Shown here piece after piece: positions 29,531 through 40,130 of a stretch of 64,000 nt of DNA. This stretch comes from the human T2T-CHM13v2.0 reference genome, Homo sapiens, in the NCBI RefSeq assembly GCF_009914755.1, contig NC_060930.1; one strand, given 5' to 3'. A model generated the notes under the pieces. It was not told the origin of the DNA. It ran no database searches and was given only the letters and a program-made list of their open reading frames with translations. Each line of letters begins with the position of its first letter. Position 1 is the stretch's first letter. The position numbers were made by a program, and so were the translations under genes.

Positions 29531-29605
29531 CCCTTCCGCCAATGGGAGCCGGCGGGTGTCCCTGCGCCTATCCCCGGAGAGATCTAATCTATGGCACGCG
29601 CGAGC
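29350..29605. promoter_or_regulatory. DLL1 intron 4 candidate enhancer (3 E-boxes plus HES class C site)
   Basis: CAGCTG at 29365, 29394 and 29422; TGGCACGCGC at 29592; local CpG patch. Confidence 0.6.
29477..29530. repeat. Interrupted (CA)n in DLL1 intron 4
   Basis: Direct reading of the sequence. Confidence 0.95.
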
Positions 29606-30932
29606 TGGGGGCGGGGAGAGACTTCAGTGTTTGAAGAAAAAAGTTTAAGTTTCTGGCTACCCTGTGGTGAAGAGAGGCAGGGAGGAAGGGTGGGAGGCAG
29701 CAGACTGGCCAGAGGCTCCCGCAGGGCAGGGAGTAGACAGTGGGCTTGAGGCTTGGAGCTGGCTCTTGCTGCCTGGTTATGAAACTCATTAACAAGCAGC
29801 TCCACAAGTTGTTTTTTGTTTTTTTGTTTTTCCCCAGAACCAGTTCAGGCCAAGGCAAAGCTTAGAAGGAGCTCAGTAAGTTCCGGAGGGAATTTGGGAA
29901 GCTAAGGAGCAAGGACATCAAGGCACTCAGTGAATGGGAAGACCCACCCTCAACCCCAGGCACTACCCAGCTCCTGCCAGAGGTTCTGGGCCTCCCAGAG
30001 CCCCTCTCCAAGGTTGTCCAGTTCCAAGGAAGGAGAATGACAGTTCCCTGGAGTTTCTGGGCAGCTCCAGGACCTACCCAATCCCCAGCTGTAGAGAAAT
30101 CCGGTACCAATGGGCTGGGACGGCCAGGCGTGCAGGCGAGGCCTCAGTCAGCTGGAGAGAGGGCTCCTGAGGTCCCCATGAGCCAGAACCAGGAGCCAGC
30201 ACGGCCCCAACCCTGCCCTAGTCACCTGCCTGCCATGACATTGACACATCAATACCTAATAAGAGGCAGGTAGAGCCTCTGTCACTATTGGGAAGACATT
30301 GCTTTTCCAGACAAGGTGCTGCCTGAGCATTCAAGCCAGACGGGGCTGTGCACCCCTCGCCCACACAGGCCTTGGAGACCTGGCCTCAGCAGCCCACAGG
30401 AGTGAAAGCCTGCTCTCTGGCCAGCATAGACAGTGCGTGTCACAGGGAGTATCCGGAAAGGCGTTTGCTCCAGAGAGGTCAAGCACACCAGCTCCAGAGA
30501 GAAAATGGAACGTTTCCCAGTGTGATGCTGTTCCAGCACTGGGAACTCGGGTTGAAATGGTGCCCCTGACACACAAGCTCTCTCTGTGTTCCTCCCTTCC
30601 TTCCTCCTCTCCCTCTCTAATACACACACCCTGGGGGTAGCACTGGCTTTACTTCCTGACCCCTGGCCCTGTCTCTAAAATCCTCCCTGATTAAGAAAGG
30701 CAGTTCCGATAGTGGATAAACACAGCCTGGGATGTTAAAATGTCTGCGTTGACCCCAACCCCCCCACTGACGAGCTGTGACTTATAGCAATCCACTTCTG
30801 TCCTCTGGGCCTCAGTTTCCCCACCAGAACATCTCTACAGTCCCAAGCCCCCCGTGGCTCAGGAAGCCCCGTCCCTGCGCGTGGTCCGTGTTCGTGGACG
30901 AGTGAGCCAGCGGTGCCTTCCCAGAGACTCAC

Positions 30933-31190
30933 GCTCTGTGCAGTAGGGCCCTTTCCAGCCAGGGTTGCACACTTTCTCCCCACGCTCCCCACAGGTGAAG
31001 TGGCCGAAGGCATCGTCCCGGGGACGGCAGAAAACGGAGCAGCCCTCTCCGTAGTAGTGTTCGTCACACACGAAGCGGTAGGAGTACTTGAGGTCCGTGC
31101 GGCCGCTGCTGTGCAGGTCCTGGGACCACTCCTCGCCCACCGTCAGGTGCCTCTGGGTGGCCAGGCGGCTGATGAGTCTTTCTGGGTTTT
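30933..31190 (-). CDS. DLL1: DLL1 exon 4 (end of C2 plus DSL domain)
   Basis: Acceptor CGTAG|AA, donor AGC|GTGAGT; 258 nt; DSL motif [26 protein letters not shown]. Confidence 0.98.
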
Positions 31191-31422
31191 CTACGGGGAG
31201 AAGATGCTCCTGGTTGGTTCTGAACGAGAACCCTGTGACTCGGGACAGAGCGGGGGTGGGCCGAGACATTCAGCACGGGAAGGAGGCCCAAGCTGCTCCA
31301 CCCTGAACTTTCTGGGGCACGTGCAGAATGAAAGCTGTCCGGGTTTGGCTGGGGGATGGGTGGGCAAAGTCCAATGCTATTAACTGGGGAAAGCAGTTTT
31401 GGGGTTTGGGTTTTGTTTTTAC

Positions 31423-31483
31423 CTGTTGCGAGGTCATCAGGAGAATCTGTGTGGAGAGCTTCAATAATCAGAGAGAAGGTGCC
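31423..31483 (-). CDS. DLL1: DLL1 exon 3 (GTFSLIIEALHTDSPDDLAT)
   Basis: Acceptor CCCAG|GGC, donor CAG|GTAAAA; 61 nt. Confidence 0.97.
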
Positions 31484-31875
31484 CTGGGAGAGAGGGGAGA
31501 AGACGTTAGACAACCCAGAAAGGTAACGAAAAGAAAACGGCAAAAAGCAGTCATTCCTAACAGCCAGGTCAGCAACAGAGGCCTGAAGGCTGCAGGTCTG
31601 GGGCAGCGTGTCTGGAGAGGGTCTCCACGCACCTCCTGCCTGCTCTCACCTTCCCTAAGGAAATGGAAGAACTTTTTAAAGAGTGGTTTCCTGACGTGTT
31701 TTTTCAGCCTGTACTACAGGATATTACGTTGTTTTTTTAATTAGAGAGAGAGAGAGAATGCAGGCAGGATGGGGTGGAAGAGGCCCGAGGGCCCTTGTCA
31801 TTTTTCTTGAGGGATGGGCACGCTCCGGGTGGGAGCGGTCGCGCTGCGCGGGTAATCGCGCCACCAACGCGTCTA

Positions 31876-32595
<720 letters not shown>

Positions 32596-32776
32596 TCAGG
32601 GGCCGAGCGCGCTCGCTGCACGGCCGGCGCTGGGGTCGTCGCCCCCGGGATTCATCTTCCGGGCCGTGGCTGGCGCGGCCCGTGCCGCTGTCCGCCCCTC
32701 CCCGCGCGCTCCTGCCCCGCGCCCCGGCTACCCGTGAGACCCCGCGGGGCCGCGGCGCCCCCACCTGCCCGCCTAC

Positions 32777-32830
32777 CTGACACAGCAAGGCCGAGAGCAC
32801 CGCCAGGGCCAGCGCGCACCGACTGCCCAT
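32777..32830 (-). CDS. DLL1: DLL1 coding exon 1 (signal peptide MGSRCALALAVLSALLCQ)
   Basis: ATG in strong Kozak context (AGCATGG); donor CAG|GTAGGC; 54 nt. Confidence 0.98.
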
Positions 32831-34726
32831 GCTGCTTCGCTCCACGCGCGAGCCTGGGGGGCCCCCACTTCTCTCCTTAGAACAGCGGCGGACGCGCGGG
32901 GGATCGATGGGCCACGGGGAGCGTGGGCAGAAAAGCGCCCTTGCCTCGCCCCAGACCGCAGGACCCAGGACTTCTTTCTTTAAAAGCCGGTCTCCGCCTC
33001 TTCCCAAGGCCGCGGTTCTTTATATCCGCCCTGCGAGGTCCCGCGGCAGCCCCAGGGATGCCCGAGGAAAGGCAGCTCTCGGGGGACAGCGCGGCGGCGG
33101 CGACTTTCGTTTTCCTCCTTCCTCCCAGCCCCCGAGGAGGTGAGGGTCGCCGGCTTCCTGGTTTTGTCTTGAGCTTCTTCGCAGGAGAGGGAGGGGGAGA
33201 AAGAGAAAGAGAGAGAGTCCAGAGATTGAGCTTAATTCCCAAGAGAGCTGCAGAGCTTCCTCCCGAGCCGATTAGAAAGCCGCGGTCTGGAAATCCCACG
33301 GGCAAGGCGATAATCCGGGGCCAGCGGCGCGCGCTGAGGGGACGGTCGGCGGCGGCGGGTGTGCGCGGCGGCCCCTGCGGATCGCGGCCCGGTGTCACTC
33401 GGCGGCGGCGGTCGTTCCGGGAGCACTCCGGGCTCCGATCTCCGGTGTCACAGCAAAGATCCGCGTCTTTCCGATGAATCCAGCCAATGCCATCCAGTAC
33501 ACACGCGCAGGACCGGAGGGGCCGGGCCGTGGGAGGAGGCTCTGCGCCGCGGCTGCCCGGGTTCCCCTGCGCTCTGCCCTCGGCCGGGTCGGGTCTCCGC
33601 GGGTGCGCGCAGAGGATCTGGCTCTCGCCGGCGCCTGCCGCCCTTATATTCAGCCGGCCGCCCGCATGGCTAATGAGATGCAAATCAGCAGCCCCCCAAT
33701 CTGGCGAGAGCTGTCACAAAGGAGCCACTTTTCCAAACCCTCCTCTCAATGGATCGCCAAATGGTCAGTGAGCTGTAAAATGTGCAACCCTCCTCCCCGC
33801 CCCCACCCTTCCCCGCCCCCCCAGTCCTCCCCTGCCCCCGCCCCCAGCCCCCCCTTCCTCCCTCACCACACAAAACGCACTCATTTACATTCCTGCAAAA
33901 TGTTCACCGCAAGAATCCCCCTGCTTCTGGAGCTGGTGCCGCCGCCCCGTCCCCTCCGCACGCCCTCCCGGGCCACAGACGCCCAGAGACCCTCGGCCAC
34001 ACGCGGGGGGCGGCGCTGCGGGCCCCACTTGAGCGGCGGGACGCGGCCTCCGAAACTCCGGGCCGCGGCGGCAGCCGAGGGGTCTCCTTGCGCCGACAGC
34101 GTCCCGGGGGCTTGGGGAGGGCGGCTGCGAGCAGGAGGACGAAGTTCGAGGCCCGAGCTCTTGGCGGGGCCGCCCCTTCTTCGGGGCAGGCGCTTCCTAA
34201 GGAGGAGTCTCTTGGGGGCGGAGGCGGGGGTGGCGATTCGGGGAGCATCGTAGGAAAGGGGCGGGCGGAGCGGTGGGCCGAGGGCTGCCAGAGCGAAGCG
34301 GCAGTTTCGGGAAGTTTGGGGAGGTCCGAGGCGGGGACACCTCCTGGCCCAGGACGGCGACTGAGCCTCGGGGAGTGCAGAGCCGACGCGCGGGCGGGGC
34401 CGGGACGCCCCCTGGGACACCCGCATCCCCGCGCCTTCGGTGTCCTCTCGTGGTCCGCGGCCACTGGGAGTGGGGGCCCGGGGGCCGGACAGCATATCCC
34501 CGGAGCCAGGAGAACCTGGCCTTCAACTCCCCCCACAGACACGCGCCCTCCCCCACAGGATCCTCGGCCGCCGCCACCTTCCCCGGGTCTCGGCCCCTCT
34601 CTCCCGGGTATCCCCCTCGGCCTCCCTCCGCCTGGTAAGAAGTGAGTTTGGTGTGTGTCGTTCGCGTGGCTGTCATTAAGGCAGCCTGTTATTGTGCGAG
34701 GCTGAATCAGTGGCTCTTTGTGCGCT

Positions 34727-34755
34727 CAGCTGTATGGTAATGCAGACAGCACCTG
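34727..34755 (-). promoter_or_regulatory. Ascl1/Brn (POU3F) composite element plus second E-box, DeltaM-type neural enhancer
   Basis: - strand ATTACCAT-A-CAGCTG (34741-34727) matches the octamer/E-box composite described for the mouse Dll1 DeltaM enhancer; CAGGTG at 34750-34755. Confidence 0.75.
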
Positions 34756-35164
34756 CTCCCCGCACAATGCGGAGAGAAAGAGCTCCCCTCCGCGCGCGCC
34801 GCGGCCTCTGCAACAATGTCCGGCGCATGTTCTAAAGCCCCTCCAGCCCCGGCCCCCAACCAACAACCTTTACACAACCGTCACCTTATTAGGTTTTTAC
34901 ACGTCCATCAGACACTAGAACTTTTGTTTTCATTTTTTAAAGGGAAATGAGTTTATTGGGAGGGCCGAGAACACACGTATGACACAATGAATTATCTAAA
35001 TTGCCCTCCTAGGCACGATGGAGAAGTAAGTTGGGGCAGAGACTCCTACTCTGGCACCTAGCTTTGCACTTCTCCCTCTCTTTACCATCCCGCCCGTGGA
35101 TCCCTGCCCACCCCCAACACCTCCGTAGCTTCATTAGGGTTCCAGGTGAGTGTTGGAGTGCCCC

Positions 35165-35305
35165 CTTTGATTGTAGCTCAGCCCCAAGGAAGCAGCCTGG
35201 CCACAGTGTCCTCACTGTAGGTGTGTTAGAGCTGCCTTATTGGTGAGAACAGGGCACCGTCAAGGTAGAACGAGACTTTCATCCCGGCAAATGTCTTGAT
35301 CAAAG
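35165..35305. promoter_or_regulatory. TCF/LEF and T-box site cluster (candidate presomitic mesoderm msd-type enhancer)
   Basis: CTTTGAT 35165-35171, AGGTGTG 35219-35225, ATCAAAG 35299-35305. Confidence 0.55.
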
Positions 35306-36317
35306 TGTCTAAGCAGAGGGAAAGTCTTCAAACACCAAGGACAACCACTGCAGCCAGAAATCTGAAGGTCACGTGGTGAAGTCGTCCAGGGCAGGCCCTC
35401 CGGCTGCTACGCAGCTGGAATTGCTACTCTGCGGCTCCTCTTCAAGTGACCCAGCCTGTGTCCTGCTACCTTGTTTCCCAAATACCTGTAAAGTTTTAGG
35501 ATCAACAGAGATGTCCACTTTAGGTTTTCCACTGTTGCCTCATGGAATAGCGAAGAGTTAACCACAAGAAACAAGCATATGATGTTTAGTGCCAGGTGAG
35601 AAAGGCAGGCTGGGATCACCGTGAACCCCCTACTGTTTGGTTCAGAGCAAATGGAGGCTTCAGAAGATGCTGCCACCCCCATGATGGTGTCCTTTTTGGA
35701 CTCTATAGGGACTTGCTGTCGCCACAGGGAGGGGCCAGCTCAAATCCTAATTTAATCTTGCCACCTAGTGTCAGGATCCTTTTTTCTCTAGGTTGATGTT
35801 TCCTCCAAAAGCTGACTTCGGAGCATTCTGCTTCCCTAAGGCACAGGAGCTGTTCCCTGTGCTGGGGGCTGGGGGTGGGGGTGAGGGTAGGTGAAAGGGT
35901 TTCAGGAGCAGAAGAAATGTAAAAAAAGAAGAGAATGCGAGGTCAGAATCCAGAATCCTCTGCCTGCAACACTGAGTGTAGATTTCAGTAAGAAATGAAA
36001 TATCAGGAACCTTTTAATTAGAAAATGGAAGTGGAAAACAGGCTCATTTGAATGCCTGTTTAGAAAACTGGAAATAAAAAGTTCCACGCGCAAGGGCTTA
36101 AACCTTGGGGGGAAAAAGACTTGCCCCAAATCTCTAACAAACCCCCCTCAGTATCAAGTATTTGTTAAATTGACATGGCACAGATTTCTCGATTACGGCG
36201 GCAAAGCGGAACTGAAAGGCATCGTAAAATCCATCAGAATCCTGCCCAAAGCGTTCATTCTTTTCCAACTTAATTTATGCCACGCGATTCTGTATTGGGG
36301 AAATCAAGCAGAAAGCC

Positions 36318-36498
36318 CTTTTCTTCTTCTCCCTCTCCTTCCTCCTCCTCCTGTTCTCCTTTTTCTTTTCCTCCTCCTCCTCCTCTTTCTCCTACTCCAC
36401 CTCCTTCCTCTTCTTCCTTCTCCTCCTTCTTCTCCTTCTTCCTCTCCCCCATTTCTCTCCCCCCACCCCCAAGTTGGTTCCTCTCTCCCTCTCTCTTT
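36318..36498. repeat. Polypyrimidine (CT/CCT) low-complexity tract
   Basis: About 180 bp that are almost entirely C/T on the + strand. Confidence 0.9.
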
Positions 36499-37899
36499 AA
36501 AAAGCTGTGCTAACGGGGAGACTGTTTAACTTCAGCGTTTCTATAGGAGCCTGTTGTAGTTTAACTCCTGCGCACCAGTAGCTGGGATGAACAAAGGAGA
36601 GACTCGAGGTCCAACTATTCATCCTTTCTTTGCACTTTAATTTTCATTGATTGGGAAGACAAGGGGAGCCCTTAGGGATTCGAGCTGGAGGGGACGACAC
36701 GCCTTTAGACGCCATCAGCCCCCTAGCCAGCCATCTGCTCCGAACCAAATGGCGTTTTTTCACTCCCTAACTGCATGTCTCTATACTCCCACAACTAAGC
36801 ACTCTGAACCCCACAAACGCAGGAGGGAGCTTAAGCCAGGGTATGTTAAATAGGCTTGCCTCAGTGTTGGCCCCGGCTGCCGGAGTCCCTCCTCCCCACA
36901 CTATAAATCCTCACCTTGCTCATTAGGAAAAAACAGGAAACTTTCTTTTAAATACTTTTTTATGTCTCAGGAAATTTACTGTACAAAGTGAGGCTCATTA
37001 GGGCTTAGAAGGCACCCAATACATCAGACACAGAAGTGGAAGGAGGAATTTGCTGCCTGGTGGTGGTGTTTTTTGTTTTGTTTTGTTTTCTGGGCAGCAC
37101 AACCCCACAGGCTGAGTAACCCCAGTGTCTAGGGTAAGCTCAGGCTGTATAATGATCAGAGCTGCAGCCACAGCAACCACATGTGGAGTTCTCTGTTTGC
37201 TGGAGACACTGAGTATCTCCCCACCATTTTATGAGGCCACCTGGGAATAAAAGCTTATGGCCATCATCTTATCAAATTCCAGTGCGGCCATCCTCAGCAG
37301 TGTGTGCATGACCTAATACCATGGTCACTCAATCCTATTCCAACCCCCCTTTCCAAAGAAAGGTTCTATTCTCCAGGTTCGTGTGTGGTGGTGACTGTGG
37401 TGGGGGCAGGAGGGCCTGGGCAGATTGCAATAAACAATGCCCAGAATAGGCTCAGACTCTAGGCCAGCCACAGGTTCAGTTTTCTGTGTAAACAAGTCTG
37501 GAGACTTGAGTGGGGTTTGTGTTTTCTCAGACCAACTGAATACTGTATACCCAACAGAGAGGTTCTCTTATTCGTAAGAAGAATTAGGGTCCTTGTTCAG
37601 AATAACAAGATAAAAAACTTCCAGGCAGCAAATCTGGTGTTGATCAAACATGCCAGCTTACTTGAAATAAAGAAGAAGAAGAAGGGGACGTAGACCATGC
37701 TTATTAATTAGTATTGGTATCACATCTGCACCAACCACCCTCTGCCCATTCTCCTTCCGTCAGTTTTGGAATCTGAAAGCAGTTAACGTAGCAGAGGAAT
37801 GGACCTGCTGGCTGCCACACGGGAAGTTCTCAGAGGCGTCCGTGGCGAAGCCTCTGTGTCCTGGAGCTATCATGGTTACTTCCTTGCTGCTTACTTCTT

Positions 37900-40130
37900 A
37901 AAGCTGTCTTTGGACACGTGAACATAGACCTTACCCCCCAACACACACACTCACTGGGCCATGTCCCCTGCCCAGCCACGCCCACCCAAGTGGGTGCACA
38001 GATGTGTTCACACTCGGTTGCCGCGCGTGGACTTACAAGCCCACGAAGCCATCGTTCGTCACAGCCTGGAAAAGGGAGGGGGCATCGATCTGGTTTATGT
38101 TTGGACCTCGAGGCTCCACCAGCGCTGGCGCAGGCAGGAAGGAGGTGAGCGCCGCCCGCGTGCACACAAGGCGCGCGGCCCCCAGGCAGCCGCGCTTCCA
38201 CAGCGGGCAGGAGCGCGACCCCCGGCGCGGGCAGCTCTGCGCGAAGGTGGGCGACGGTGGGGGCACAAGAACAGCAGCCGGGGGCGAAGGAATCAGCCCC
38301 GCAGCGGCTCCTAAGCCTCCCCGCTGGCCGCGGCTGCGCCGCTGGAGACCCGGCGAGTGACTTCCCCGGTGCGGCCGGGTCCCGGCGCCACACGCCCTTT
38401 TCCTTTCTCAGGATCCGCGGCCGTGCAGAGAACAGGAAGACGGGCTCCAACCCCACCTGGTTCGTGTCGGGGGGTCGTTTTGCGGTGGGGGGAGTCCGAA
38501 CCGCGCCACGGGCCCGCGAGACGCCCACCTCTCGCGTGCGTGGAGCCCGGGGCCGAGGCCAGGCCCGCTGCGAGCAGCGGAGGCATGTGCTGATTTGCAT
38601 GAGAACGGGCGGGTCGCGTGGCTCAGCTGGCGGCCCCGGCGCAGATGACGGCTCGGCAGCGGGCCCCCGCCCCCTCCTCTGCGCCGCGGCTCCTTCCCCT
38701 GGAACCCGCGGATCATCTGCTGGGGCTGTCCCGCGCCCCATCTCCATGACAAAGCGCGTGTTTACCTGCGGCCGGAGCACCGGCGGGCACGCCTTTGTCC
38801 CGGGATCAGATTACCGCAGCAGCTGCTGCGGGCCCGCCCCGTGCGAACCCCGGAGCTGCCCCTCCGAACTTTGTGCCGACTGAACGCGCCGGGACCCGGG
38901 GCTGGGGGGCCGGGTGTTGGGGGGTTAGAAGGAGGCCGCGTGGCCCAGGGAGGGGCTGTTTTCAGTGCGATGATTGCCGGACGCTGAGATCCGCGACGGG
39001 GAGTGAGCGCACCTGAGGGCTTCCTGGAGGTGGTGGCGGCGCCAGGCAGCATTACGAGGGGCACCAGTGCAAGGCCCAAAGCGCGAGGGCACAGGCGGCG
39101 CGGCCGTGCGGCGGGTCATCCCTGGGCCACTGCGAGGGCGGAGGGCGGCGCCAGGGCCCTCCCGGTGGACCCCAGTCGCCGTCGTGACGGCCCCACGCAG
39201 CCTCGCGCCCGGCCGCCGCCTCGTGCGGGACTCGTGCCCGCATTCCCACCTCACCGGGTGCAGCCGGCCCGGCCCCGGGCTGTGCGAGGCGACGGCGCAC
39301 ACCTCGGAGCCCTGGGGGCCGGGGTCGGCGGGCGGGGCCGGGGCGCGCCCTTTGTGCGCTCTTAGCGGAAACCGCGCGTTCCCAGAGGAGCGCGGCCCGC
39401 CGAGACCCCGGATCCCGACGCCAGGAGGTGCTGCAGGAGCCCGCGCGGGGTGGGGGTCTCCGGCCCAGGCCCCTCGGTACGGGCCCCCTGCGGCCGCCAC
39501 CCTCCGCCTCCGCGCGGCGGCTCCTTTCCGGCTGCATCCGGGGGGTCGAGGCGTCGCATCTGGAAATCGCAGCCTGTGACTTTGTAAAAAAGTGAATGGG
39601 GAAGAAAAGGCGCTGAGAGGGGCGATGGGCGGACGGGCCGTGCCCACCACAGGGAGGTCGCGGCACCTGTCGCTCCTGGTTCCCAGGGCGGCCTGTCAAT
39701 CACCCACGCTGGGCTCAGCTTGCCGGGAGCGGGGGCACGCGGGGGGCTTCAAGGCCCAGAGCTCAGAGGCTCGCAAACAATAAACTCAGAAACGTGGCGC
39801 GCACCCGCAGGGCCTGACACAGCCTCTGGAGTGGCCCCTGGGCCTGTCTGGCTGCAGGGTTGGTTGGCCGTGGGCGTGTGCGGCTCAGGGTTTCCTCCAC
39901 GCCCTTTCACGAATGTCCCCACGGGACCCCGCGTCCCCCCAGGCTGCTCCAGAGGAGTCCCGGAGAGCGCGGCCGTGGAAGCTTTCGAACGCGCCGTGCT
40001 TCCCCGCCGCCCCCGCCTCCCTTTCTGTGAGCATCTGCCGGGGAGAACAGATGTGGGCACCTGCGGTGACCGGCTGCGTGCGTTCCATCCCATTCACAGG
40101 CATTCAGACGTGGCCACAATGAGCGGCCTT
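37900..40130. promoter_or_regulatory. CpG island upstream of DLL1 (enhancer / alternative promoter region)
   Basis: About 2.2 kb of dense CpG containing an octamer, E-boxes and splice donors on both strands. Confidence 0.85.
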
